Shown here: one piece after another, positions 25,597-33,657 of the stretch | How the letters are laid out: each line of letters starts with the position of its first letter | Numbering within the stretch: the stretch's first letter is position 1 | From: a virus | Taxonomy: Duplodnaviria; Caudoviricetes | Virus record (IMG/VR): IMGVR_UViG_3300010366_000008 | Location: 1 to 36,787 of that record | Reading direction: 5' to 3' (one strand) | DNA length: 36,787 nt | Notes under the pieces: generated by a model | What the model was told of the DNA's origin: nothing | The model's database searches: none | The model's input: only the letters and a program-made list of their open reading frames with translations | Made by a program: the position numbers and the translations under genes

Positions 25597-25775
25597 CACA
25601 AACGAAACCTTGGCTGGATGCGATCGACGATACCACCAAGTGGCTGTCGCTGGCAGTCGCGAGCCCGAAACCCGCGACCTCGCTGGACTGTCTGTACAAG
25701 GCGATGGTCGCCATTACGCGCGCAGTCCGTGACCTGGAAGAGGAAAGAGAAGCCCATGAGCGACAACGCCTTTGA
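25593..25775 (+). CDS. Hypothetical 60-aa protein
   Basis: ATG at 25593 (MTQTKPWLDAI...), coupled to the upstream stop. Confidence 0.55.
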   Translation: MTQTKPWLDAIDDTTKWLSLAVASPKPATSLDCLYKAMVAITRAVRDLEEEREAHERQRL

Positions 25776-25986
25776 GAAACATTACCTGATCAGCGAGCTG
25801 GCCAAGCTCTGGAACATCTCGGTCGAAACCGTGCGGCGGGCCGTACTGGCGGAACCGGACGTGATGAAGTTGACCGGCCCGAGCGGCAAGACCAGCTATC
25901 GCATTCCGGAATCGGTGGCGCGCCGCATCCATACCAAGCTGGTCGCACCGCGCCAGAGGCACCCGGAGCTGCTCCGGAAATCATGA
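25756..25986 (+). CDS. xis: Excisionase-like HTH protein
   Basis: HYLISELAKLWNISVETVRR...YRIPESV; convergent with the integrase. Confidence 0.7.
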   Translation: MSDNAFEKHYLISELAKLWNISVETVRRAVLAEPDVMKLTGPSGKTSYRIPESVARRIHTKLVAPRQRHPELLRKS

Positions 25987-25988
25987 AT

Positions 25989-27215
25989 TCACTTCACCTG
26001 AATCAGCGGGGTTTTGATACGCGCGAAGGCGGCGCGCAACACGTTCGTCAGCCGCTCCTGGCGCTCCGGAACCCATTTCGAGTACGACTGCCGCACGACT
26101 TCCTCGGTGTCGCCCAGCAGGGCGGCAATGTCCGCCACAGAAGTCCCATTCTGGAGCAAAATTCGGACCAACGTATGCCGAAAACGATGATGGCTCGGCT
26201 TTTCCTCGAATGGTGGACACAGGTCCCACAGTTTATCGAGGCGTTTGCGCCAGGTATTACCAAGTACGCAGGGATCTTCAGTAGACCGCGCGCCGAAGAT
26301 GTATGGCCCCCACTTTTTTTCGCGCCGGCGGATGATGTCCTCGAGCCATTCGGGCACCCAAGTATCGACCCATTTGCCGTTTTTGATGGCGCGGAAATGG
26401 ACCTTTCCTTCCCCGGTCATGCGCGAAATGTGGAAGGTCGCCATGTCGGAGATGCGCAATCCCGTGTAAGCGGAGATCAGGATAAAATCCGCAATATCTT
26501 CACCAAAAAATTTCTGCGGCGTGTTCGGCGTGTGGGGATAGCGGGCGCAGGCGGTCACCATACGGGTCAGTTCGTCATCGGTGTACGGAGATTTCGGTTT
26601 GGGCTGTGCAGCTTCGAGCTGTTTGCGATTGCGGGCGCGCTTGGTTTTCTCTACCGGATTGCCAGCGATGAAGTTTTTGTGTTCCTCAAAGAAGTTGCGC
26701 ACAATGCCGAAATTCTTCGCGTGGTAGCGCAGCGAGCCTTCCCACAACAAGCGGAATTCCTTGATGTCGTCGGCGGTCCACTCATCCACGTAGAGGTAGC
26801 CTTTGCGATCCGTAGAAAACGTCTGGAGTTTCTTAAGCACGCAGCGGTAGCGGCGAATCGTGGCCACCGAGGATTCGTTGGCCTGAGTTTCGGCAAGAGT
26901 CCGATCCACTGCCTCGGCGATCGTCCGGCGCGGTTTCCCCGTGGGCGAAAGTGGGGACACAGGCGGCGGCTCCGGCGGCGCATCGACTCCGTAGCGTTCC
27001 CAGTTCTCAGCGACCGATCGGGCTTCCGCCCAGTGGACGCGCTTCGTGTTGCGGCGGAATTTGGGGTTATCGCCCAGCTTGCCGGAGGCATAGATGGGGC
27101 AACCGCATTTTTTCGATTTGGGGCGCAGCTCGTCGCCCTCGTAGGTTTGGGAATCGCGCTTGTGCCCGGCGGGGCAGCGCGGGGGGCCGAAATGGCGGCG
27201 GTACAGATTCAGCAT
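25989..27215 (-). CDS. int: Tyrosine recombinase / phage integrase
   Basis: YTGLRISD, KNG, HHRFRHT, LLGD and SYSKW catalytic motifs; Cys/His-containing N-terminal arm domain. Confidence 0.93.
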   Translation of the reverse strand: MLNLYRRHFGPPRCPAGHKRDSQTYEGDELRPKSKKCGCPIYASGKLGDNPKFRRNTKRVHWAEARSVAENWERYGVDAPPEPPPVSPLSPTGKPRRTIAEAVDRTLAETQANESSVATIRRYRCVLKKLQTFSTDRKGYLYVDEWTADDIKEFRLLWEGSLRYHAKNFGIVRNFFEEHKNFIAGNPVEKTKRARNRKQLEAAQPKPKSPYTDDELTRMVTACARYPHTPNTPQKFFGEDIADFILISAYTGLRISDMATFHISRMTGEGKVHFRAIKNGKWVDTWVPEWLEDIIRRREKKWGPYIFGARSTEDPCVLGNTWRKRLDKLWDLCPPFEEKPSHHRFRHTLVRILLQNGTSVADIAALLGDTEEVVRQSYSKWVPERQERLTNVLRAAFARIKTPLIQVK

Positions 27216-27424
27216 GCCAGCAGTATATCAGAATATTCCACCATTCCCCACAAATCAGGCGAAATTTCCAGTAACACCCTTATTTTTCAATGTACAGATT
27301 TGGTTCGTAAGGAAAAATGTATAAGTCAATCACTAAGCAACTTAGCGGTATTCTGTTGCTACCGTTGCTCTGGTTCCACATGGTTCCTACGTAGTATTCC
27401 CCCCGATTCCCCACGGAGGCGCGG
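27216..27424. other. Candidate attP region
   Basis: AT-rich non-coding gap upstream of int; ATTCCCCAC at 27243 and 27406; GTACAGATT at 27201 and 27292. Confidence 0.4.
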
Positions 27425-27823
27425 ATGAGCCGCTTCCGCCTGACAGCGCCGAAAGCCGTTCCGAAAGAGAGCGAAGTCGCGAAAGCCTGCGTGAACTGGC
27501 TCGCGTACCACGGCTACAAATCGGAGCGGCTGAACGTAGGCTTGTTCTTCACCCAGGACGGCCGGCGGCATCCGGAGGGGCGGGCGGGGCGGCCGGATTA
27601 CGTGGTGGTGCACGCGAAGTATCCGGGGTTTTATCTGGAGACCAAAGCGCCGGGCGGGAAACTTTCGCCGGAGCAAAAACTGGAGCACATCAATCTGGAG
27701 CGAGGCTGGGGGATTGAAGTGGCGGTCGTGGATAGTGTGACCGCGCTGATCGCCTGGCTTGAGGAACGGGAAAAAAGAATCAGCGCGCCGGTGAGAAGCG
27801 AGCGCGCTGAAAGTGGAAGTTAG
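27425..27823 (+). CDS. VRR-NUC domain nuclease (PD-(D/E)xK, resolvase-like)
   Basis: ESEVAKAC...WL, GRPDY, YLETKAPGGKLSPEQ, VAVVDSV. Confidence 0.88.
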   Translation: MSRFRLTAPKAVPKESEVAKACVNWLAYHGYKSERLNVGLFFTQDGRRHPEGRAGRPDYVVVHAKYPGFYLETKAPGGKLSPEQKLEHINLERGWGIEVAVVDSVTALIAWLEEREKRISAPVRSERAESGS

Positions 27824-27944
27824 TCGTCTACCGAAAAACTGATCAACGATTTCGCATTGCGCGACCGACTCGCAGATGGAGTCTTGAGATGATTTCAGCT
27901 TACACGAAAAACATTACAGAACGGAAACGTTCGGGAGCCGGGCG

Positions 27945-29591
27945 GTGATGGCGGGCAAAGCGCGCGAGCATGACCCGCTGCCGGCCAACCAGGAAGCTGA
28001 GCGCGTGCTGCTCGGATATCTCCTGCAAGGCGGGACCTGGCCGGAAGAAATCACGGTGCGCGACTTTGTGCCGGAAATCCATCAAATCTTGTGGCGGGCG
28101 ATGAGCGCCATCCATGCGGCGGGAGAACCGATCGAACGCACGCGGGTGGCGGTCCAGTTAAGCGAGCGCGAGGTGAATCACATCGGCCGCGGGTATCTGG
28201 CGGATCTGGGCGAGGGCTGTTATCCAGAGATGCGGATTGCGCCTTACGTGGCCAAGCTCAAGGACGCGACCTGCAAGCGGGACCTGCTCCATCACGCGCA
28301 CATTCTGACGGCGCATATTCATTCCAACGACCGCACCGCGGCGGAGCTGGTCGCGATGGGCGCGGAAGCCTTCGCGGGTCTGGGCCGGGAGCAGAGTCCC
28401 AATGGGGAACCACCCTTGACCGTGGCGAGCTGGCCGGAGCGGATTGCTCCCGCTGCGCTTTATGGCCTGGCCGGCGAAGTGGTGCGCGCGATCGAACCGC
28501 ACACCGAAGCCGACACGGCGGCGTTACTGCTGCAGTTTCTGGTCGGATGGGGTTCGCTGGCCGGCCGCGGACCCTACTACATGGCCGAAGCGGATTTTCA
28601 CCACACCAACGAATATGTTTGTATCGTCGGCGCGACCAGTAAAGCGCGCAAGGGTACGAGCTGGGGACGGATCCTGGTGCCGCTCGCTCAGACCGACGAA
28701 GCCTGGGCGGAGAACTGCCAGATTTTCGGTTTAGGCAGCGGGGAGGCGCTGATCGACGCAGTGCGGGAGGACAAGCGGGCGCTGGTGCATGAAAGCGAAT
28801 TCGCGCGCTTGCTCGCGGTCATTGCGCGCGAGGGTTCCACCATGTCCTCGACCCTGCGCACGGGCTGGGAAAGGGGCATCGTCGCCTGCCGCACCCGGGG
28901 AAAGAAGAAAGAGCAGGAAACGGGGGCGCACATCAGCCTGATCGGGCACATTACGCGTGACGAGCTGTTGCGCCGGCTGAGCGATACCGAAGTGGCGAAC
29001 GGGTTCGGCAACCGCATTCTGTGGGTCTGTGCGCGGCGCAGCAAGAGACTGTCGCGCGGCGGGGGCAGCGTGGGGTTCGGCGACCTGCTGGAGAGATTGC
29101 GCGAGACCACGCTTTGGGTACGGCGGCAAGGCAACACGCAAATGAATTTTGATGAGGCGGCGGGGAAACTCTGGGACCGGGAATATAACGAACTGAGCGA
29201 AGGCAGAAGCGGGATGCTGGGCGAGATGACCAGCCGGGCGGAGGCGCACGTGGTGCGCTTGAGTCTGATCTACGCGCTATTGGACTGTTCCGAGGTGATC
29301 CAGGAAAAGCATCTGCGGGCGGCGCTGGCGGTGTGGGACTACTGTTACCGCTCGGCCCGGTTTATCTGGGGTGACGCTTTAGGCAATCCGGTAGCGGATG
29401 AAATTCTGCGGGCGCTGAAGGCCGCGGCCGAAGCCGGGATGACGCGCTGGGACATCATGAATCACTTTTCGCGGCATAAGAAGGCCGGGGAACTGGATCA
29501 AGCCTTGGGGATGCTGGCCGAACGCGGACTGATCCGTTTCGCGTCCCAGGATACAGCCGGAAGGTCGGTGACACGGTACTGGTGTTTATGA
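27945..29591 (+). CDS. Replication protein: DnaB N-terminal-like domain fused to DUF3987/YfjI-type helicase with C-terminal wHTH
   Basis: PANQEAERVLLG...HQILWRAM (DnaB-N); VGATSKARKGTS, GSGEAL, ESEF, HISLIGHIT, NGFGNR. Confidence 0.8.
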   Translation: MMAGKAREHDPLPANQEAERVLLGYLLQGGTWPEEITVRDFVPEIHQILWRAMSAIHAAGEPIERTRVAVQLSEREVNHIGRGYLADLGEGCYPEMRIAPYVAKLKDATCKRDLLHHAHILTAHIHSNDRTAAELVAMGAEAFAGLGREQSPNGEPPLTVASWPERIAPAALYGLAGEVVRAIEPHTEADTAALLLQFLVGWGSLAGRGPYYMAEADFHHTNEYVCIVGATSKARKGTSWGRILVPLAQTDEAWAENCQIFGLGSGEALIDAVREDKRALVHESEFARLLAVIAREGSTMSSTLRTGWERGIVACRTRGKKKEQETGAHISLIGHITRDELLRRLSDTEVANGFGNRILWVCARRSKRLSRGGGSVGFGDLLERLRETTLWVRRQGNTQMNFDEAAGKLWDREYNELSEGRSGMLGEMTSRAEAHVVRLSLIYALLDCSEVIQEKHLRAALAVWDYCYRSARFIWGDALGNPVADEILRALKAAAEAGMTRWDIMNHFSRHKKAGELDQALGMLAERGLIRFASQDTAGRSVTRYWCL

Positions 29592-29602
29592 GGACAGCGG
29601 GG

Positions 29603-29793
29603 GTATGCGAAGAAAGCGATATAAGCGAAGAAAGCAGAAATAAAGGAGTTAACCCTTTCTGCGCTTTCTGCGCTTTCTTCGCATACACCCCTAGAGACCG
29701 TCCCAGATATCCCTCAACTAATAGAAAATAAACAGGGATGCAAAACCGGTAAAATGATCACCCGTGGGATTGCGAAGAAAGCCTTTCTTCGCA
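29603..29793. repeat. Origin-like inverted GCGAAGAAAG repeats
   Basis: GTATGCGAAGAAAGCG (29603-29618) is inverted at 29671-29686; extra copy at 29625; TGCGAAGAAAG-C-CTTTCTTCGCA palindrome at 29771-29793. Confidence 0.8.
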
Positions 29794-29814
29794 TTTCCCC
29801 AAGGAGACGCAAAA

Positions 29815-29985
29815 ATGAATACAGCCGACGCGATTCAACGCACCCTGGAATCTGTGAATGAATATGACCGCAACATGGAACCGGCGAACGTCGTCGACGG
29901 ATTGTTTGCCGTGGCTCGCGGCCTTCAGGCCATAGCCAAGGCTCTTCGGGAATTGGGCAGCACCAATGTTCACCCGGAAGAATAA
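29815..29985 (+). CDS. Hypothetical 56-aa protein
   Basis: AAGGAG RBS, ATG at 29815. Confidence 0.65.
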   Translation: MNTADAIQRTLESVNEYDRNMEPANVVDGLFAVARGLQAIAKALRELGSTNVHPEE

Positions 29986-29999
29986 AAAAGGGTGAGGCC

Positions 30000-30185
30000 A
30001 TGACCGGCCTCGAGTACGTCCTCTACCGAACCGCCCGCCAGCTCCTGACGCCGGCGGAACTGGCGAAGGCCCGCGACCTGGCCGCGAAAGCGGAGCGCGG
30101 CGTACCGTGGTCGCGGAAGAAATTGCGGCGCCTGTTGGTAGCGGCGGTATTCCGGGAACGGCGCGAGAAGAAGAAGGCAGCATGA
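30000..30185 (+). CDS. Hypothetical basic protein
   Basis: 61-aa ORF in a tightly packed operon. Confidence 0.55.
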   Translation: MTGLEYVLYRTARQLLTPAELAKARDLAAKAERGVPWSRKKLRRLLVAAVFRERREKKKAA

Positions 30186-30445
30186 TGGAGCCTCAAGAGA
30201 TCAAGCAACGGGTGGAACACTTAAGCCGCGAGATGATAAAGCTGGGGGCCGGGGAGCCGCTCGACGTTTGCTTCCTCTCGAGCCTGGTCCAACTCGCGGC
30301 CATCCTGCACATGATCCCGGTGGATCCGGAGAAGGAAAGCGTCTCCTTCCATGCGCTCCGGCTGGTCGTGGCTGAGCAGCTCGATATCGCCTCTCAGATC
30401 CTGGAGCCTGAGGAAGAGCCGTTGCCGCAGGTTCCCCTGAACTGA
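30182..30445 (+). CDS. Hypothetical protein
   Basis: ATGA overlap; ends just before a terminator. Confidence 0.6.
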   Translation: MMEPQEIKQRVEHLSREMIKLGAGEPLDVCFLSSLVQLAAILHMIPVDPEKESVSFHALRLVVAEQLDIASQILEPEEEPLPQVPLN

Positions 30446-30480
30446 AAAAGCCCGCCGAGGGCCGGCGGGCAGGGTTTTTC
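30445..30480. terminator. Intrinsic terminator, possibly bidirectional
   Basis: A5-GCCCGCCG-agggc-CGGCGGGC followed by T-tract, between convergent operons. Confidence 0.7.
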
Positions 30481-30505
30481 AGTAATCTCTTTTTTCGGAT
30501 CGCCG

Positions 30506-30631
30506 CTATTTTATCGCAAGCAGCAGGACGAGCAGGATCAGGTTCAGCACAGCGGAGATCCAGAAGCGGAGTTTCCAGCGGGTGACCTCGCGGCAGGGCG
30601 TGAAGCCTTCGGCGTAATCGGTAGTAGGCAT
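30506..30631 (-). CDS. 41-aa membrane peptide
   Basis: MPTTDYAEG...RFWISAVLNLILLVLLLAIK; not in ORF track. Confidence 0.5.
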   Translation of the reverse strand: MPTTDYAEGFTPCREVTRWKLRFWISAVLNLILLVLLLAIK

Positions 30632-30640
30632 AGAATCTCG

Positions 30641-31018
30641 TTAATAGGTGGTCTGCCGCGGAAAGAGTGTGTCGAAGAGTCCCTCGCTGAGCGATTCAGG
30701 GATGACATCTATCCACGGTAGAGGTGTGCTGCTCCCATCGATCAGCTCACCGTTGGCGGCGTAATGGTACCAACTGAGTACTCTGTCTTGCTTAGTCGGT
30801 CGATAAAATTGCTCATGCTCTATCCAATAGTCACCGGCAGATTTATCGTATTTGGTCCAGACCATGACGCCATCTCGCGTCTCTCGCCGGATGGTCTGAT
30901 AGTCCAGGTAAAGTTTAGTTCCCCTAACCCCTTCAGAAAACAATGTCCAGTGGGTTTCGGCCCATGCGGCAGCCATGAACAGGGCTGCGAAGATTATTAA
31001 AGTAAAAAATCGTTTCAT
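30641..31018 (-). CDS. Secreted protein, surface-adhesin-E-like fold
   Basis: Signal peptide (MKRFFTLIIFAALFMAAAWA); W...YLDYQTIRR...VWTK...WIDVIPES pattern; lower GC by eye. Confidence 0.65.
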   Translation of the reverse strand: MKRFFTLIIFAALFMAAAWAETHWTLFSEGVRGTKLYLDYQTIRRETRDGVMVWTKYDKSAGDYWIEHEQFYRPTKQDRVLSWYHYAANGELIDGSSTPLPWIDVIPESLSEGLFDTLFPRQTTY

Positions 31019-31067
31019 ATTCTAATATCCTTTATTTGCATATATATACGCGCGCGCGCGCGTTTTA

Positions 31068-31361
31068 TTACCGCATCGGCAGATATTCCTGCACCGGCCG
31101 CGAAGTGTGCGGATTCGGCAATTTGATGCGCGTGATGACGATCGCTTCGCCGGGCTGGACGCCCATCGAGCGCAGGCGGGCATTTAACAGCCCGCCCGCG
31201 GTATCGCTGAGGTAGAAAACGCCTTCCTCGGCGGAGAAGACGTACTGCGTCGTGTCGCCCGGCCAGCGCTCGTAGTATTTGCTGGCGACCTCGAGCCCCT
31301 GCGCGTAACGCAGGTGCAGGGTTACCGGGACTTCGTACTCGAACTCGATCTTAGGCTGCAC
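31068..31361 (-). CDS. Putative OB-fold/ssDNA-binding-like protein, paralog B
   Basis: GTG at 31361; QYVFSAEEGVFYLSDTAGG...GVQPGEA shared with the upstream gene. Confidence 0.6.
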   Translation of the reverse strand: MQPKIEFEYEVPVTLHLRYAQGLEVASKYYERWPGDTTQYVFSAEEGVFYLSDTAGGLLNARLRSMGVQPGEAIVITRIKLPNPHTSRPVQEYLPMR

Positions 31362-31923
31362 GGTTTTGCCCCTTGGTGACGTTGATAAAGGCCGACAGAA
31401 ACAGCGAGCGCACGTCGTCGCCTTTGACCAGACCTTCATGTTTCGCGGAGTGCTTGAGCACCGCGGCGTACGCGTCGATCAGGGCGTTGGACTGCTCGAC
31501 CAGGAACGCTGCCCACGCCGGCGCCGCGGCCGGCGCGGACTGCGCCTGCTTGCGCTGCTCGACCAGGCGGATGGAAGCGGCGAGCTGCTGCTCCAGCTCC
31601 GTAGGCGGCGCGGCGGGAACTGCCAGCGTCCCGTCGACCTGTTCGCCGACCGTCACGCTCTTCGCCACGATCCACTGGGTGCGGCGTTCCGGGCCGCGGC
31701 CGGCTTCGGTTTTGGTGATGTCGACGGCTTCGCCGGGCTGGACGCCGAGCGTGCGGAACTGCTGCATCAGGATGCCGCCGACTTTGTCGGAGACGTAAAA
31801 CGTGCCCTCTTCGGCGGAGAACATGTACTGCATGCCGCCGTAGTTCGACTCGACGGGCTTGCCGTCGATGGAGCGGAGATGGAAGGTCTCCGCGATGTTG
31901 GTCTGAAAACGAATGATCGCCAT
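31351..31923 (-). CDS. Putative OB-fold/ssDNA-binding-like protein with helical C-domain, paralog A
   Basis: GGAGG RBS, ATG at 31923; QYMFSAEEGTFYVSDKVGG...GVQPGEA. Confidence 0.65.
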   Translation of the reverse strand: MAIIRFQTNIAETFHLRSIDGKPVESNYGGMQYMFSAEEGTFYVSDKVGGILMQQFRTLGVQPGEAVDITKTEAGRGPERRTQWIVAKSVTVGEQVDGTLAVPAAPPTELEQQLAASIRLVEQRKQAQSAPAAAPAWAAFLVEQSNALIDAYAAVLKHSAKHEGLVKGDDVRSLFLSAFINVTKGQNRAA

Positions 31924-31924
31924 G

Positions 31925-32215
31925 TTATGCGACCTCCGGAAAGTAGAGGAAAGCGCTCTTGCAGCGGTCGGAGCAGTAAAGCGAATCCCAACGGGAGAGG
32001 CGCGTCTTGCAGTTGACGCAGGGTTTCTGGCGTTCGGCCGCCTCGCGAGCGTCTTCGCGGGCAGCTTCCTCGGCGCAGGTATCGCACGCGTTGTAATTCC
32101 AGCCCTCGAGCCAGACGAGCGTCTCGCACGCTTTGCCGCAGTTCTGGCACTCGTTGACGGCAACCGTTGCGGTGACGTCGTCAGTCTTGGGAAGGGGATC
32201 GTAGTAGTGAAACAT
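31925..32215 (-). CDS. Cys-rich double zinc-finger protein
   Basis: CQNC..CDTC and CVNC..YCSDRC; AAAGG RBS. Confidence 0.7.
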   Translation of the reverse strand: MFHYYDPLPKTDDVTATVAVNECQNCGKACETLVWLEGWNYNACDTCAEEAAREDAREAAERQKPCVNCKTRLSRWDSLYCSDRCKSAFLYFPEVA

Positions 32216-32262
32216 ATTTGCCTTTCGCGCTTTTAAGCCTCGCGGCTGCTTGCTACAAGATC

Positions 32263-32349
32263 ATTATGCCGTAAGCGGTTCTGGCATGTCAAGACATAAG
32301 CGCTTGTGGTATGGGTGAAATTGCTAGAAATAACCGGTTATGGTAATCT
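32263..32349. promoter_or_regulatory. Divergent promoters with three 16-bp operator-like palindromes
   Basis: Leftward TTGACA-N18-CATAAT (32292-32263); rightward TTGCTA-N17-TAATCT (32321-32349); sites at 32269, 32294 and 32328 fit CCATAASCGSTTATGG. Confidence 0.7.
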
Positions 32350-32353
32350 GCGG

Positions 32354-32560
32354 ATGATGGCACTGAACGATGAAGACAAAGCATGGCTTGACGGCCGGTT
32401 GGAATCTCTCGAAACCAAGCTATTGACCGCTTTCCATCAGTGGGCTTCGCCGGCAGAGAGCAGACTACGGCGTCACCGGGACAGCATTCACGATCTGGAG
32501 GTGGACCTGGACGCGCTCACCGCTCGCGTGAAGGCTCTGGAGGAAAAGCCGAATGGCTAA
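32354..32560 (+). CDS. Small coiled-coil protein, probably leaderless
   Basis: ATGATG at 32354/32357 lies 4-7 nt after the -10 box; LETKLLTAFHQWA. Confidence 0.65.
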   Translation: MMALNDEDKAWLDGRLESLETKLLTAFHQWASPAESRLRRHRDSIHDLEVDLDALTARVKALEEKPNG

Positions 32561-32705
32561 GCGTAAGAACGCTGCGGCCGTTGCGCTTGGCCGGCGCGGC
32601 GGGAAGAAAAAAGTGCCGAAAGGCTTTTCGTCACTCAGCCCGGAGCAACGCCGGAAGATGGGACAAGCCGCCGCCGCGGCCAGGTGGGGGAAGAAGGGGA
32701 AATGA
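32553..32705 (+). CDS. 50-aa basic nucleic-acid-binding peptide (AVALGRRGG...ARW family)
   Basis: MAKRKNAAAVALGRRGGKKKVPKGFSSLSPEQRRKMGQAAAAARWGKKGK; GGAGG RBS; not in ORF track. Confidence 0.75.
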   Translation: MAKRKNAAAVALGRRGGKKKVPKGFSSLSPEQRRKMGQAAAAARWGKKGK

Positions 32706-33139
32706 AGACGTTATACGACACCGACTTCCACGCCTGGGCGCTCGACCAGGCGCAGCGGCTGAGGGCCGGCGAGAAGATCGACGCGGAGAATGTAGCGGAG
32801 GAACTAGAGACTTTGGGGAAAAGCCAGCAACGGGAACTGGAAAGCCGTATCGCGCAAATCATCGAGCATCTGCTGAAACTGCACTTCCTGCCGGATTACT
32901 TGCGGGAACCCAATGAACGGGGCTGGAAGGTTTCCGTCATCAAACAGCGGGCCGCGATCCAGCAATTACTGGAACAAAGCCCCAGTCTCCAGCGGATGCT
33001 CACTGAGGAAGTTTTAGCCGAGTCCTACCAAGACGGCCTGGAGTCGTTCCGCATCACTGATTACGAAATGCTGGGGAGTGCTCCTGCGCAATGCCCGTTT
33101 ACGTGGGAGGAAATCTTGGAAGGAAAAAAGGGGAAATGA
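32702..33139 (+). CDS. DUF29 family protein
   Basis: LYDTDFHAWA..QA..LR, EELETLGKSQ, IIEHLLKL, SPSL, CPFTWEEIL. Confidence 0.9.
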   Translation: MKTLYDTDFHAWALDQAQRLRAGEKIDAENVAEELETLGKSQQRELESRIAQIIEHLLKLHFLPDYLREPNERGWKVSVIKQRAAIQQLLEQSPSLQRMLTEEVLAESYQDGLESFRITDYEMLGSAPAQCPFTWEEILEGKKGK

Positions 33140-33339
33140 CAGACGAGGAACTGAGGCTACATCTCGAATCTCTGCACGCCAATATCGCGGAGCTGACCGA
33201 GACGACGCAGAAATGGGTAGAGCAGACGATACGCCTGGACCGGCGCGAGCGCAAAGGCCGGGAAGCTCTGCTCTCCGGGATTGCCGCCTATCTCCGGGCT
33301 CTGGGGAACGGCGAGGACGAACCGGAAACCAACGGCTGA
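33136..33339 (+). CDS. Hypothetical 67-aa coiled-coil protein
   Basis: ATGA overlap with the DUF29 stop. Confidence 0.65.
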   Translation: MTDEELRLHLESLHANIAELTETTQKWVEQTIRLDRRERKGREALLSGIAAYLRALGNGEDEPETNG

Positions 33340-33340
33340 A

Positions 33341-33367
33341 AGGCCCATACTGGTGATGGCTACATGA
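33341..33367 (+). repeat. 27-bp intergenic direct repeat, copy 1
   Basis: AGGCCCATACTGGTGATGGCTaCATGA. Confidence 0.9.
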
Positions 33368-33630
33368 CTTTTCGCGATCAATGGCTGAAGGCGGCAGAAC
33401 AGTACCGGCGCGGTTTTTCGTCCGTCGCTATTGGAGAAATTTCCCCTCTAACTCTGGAAGAAGTGGAGAAGTGGTTTTATTGTGGCGCCGCTTCGATGGC
33501 AAACCTCTTGACGCAAATGATCATGAATAATCCGGCGGAAAGTGGCGAAAAGACACTGGAGCTATTCGACGAAGTGACGAACCGCGTACGCCAATGGGCC
33601 GATCGCGCCAAGAAGCCGCCGATTCAATGA
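33364..33630 (+). CDS. Hypothetical 88-aa protein
   Basis: ORF bounded by the two 27-bp repeats. Confidence 0.7.
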   Translation: MTFRDQWLKAAEQYRRGFSSVAIGEISPLTLEEVEKWFYCGAASMANLLTQMIMNNPAESGEKTLELFDEVTNRVRQWADRAKKPPIQ

Positions 33631-33656
33631 GGCCCATACTGGTGATGGCTGCATGA
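33630..33656 (+). repeat. 27-bp intergenic direct repeat, copy 2
   Basis: AGGCCCATACTGGTGATGGCTgCATGA, 26/27 identical to copy 1. Confidence 0.9.
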
Positions 33657-33657
33657 T

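Noticed and set aside
27216-27424. tRNA or other structural-RNA fragment as att core
   Set aside because: No T-loop GTTCRA...CCA or other convincing motif found by eye
25983-27428. Long antisense ORFs (25983..27428 +, 14566..15927 +, 11495..12691 +, 9363..10490 + and similar)
   Set aside because: Shadow frames of high-GC genes that have clear motifs on the opposite strand
33341-33656. CRISPR mini-array
   Set aside because: Only two copies, separated by a full 88-codon ORF
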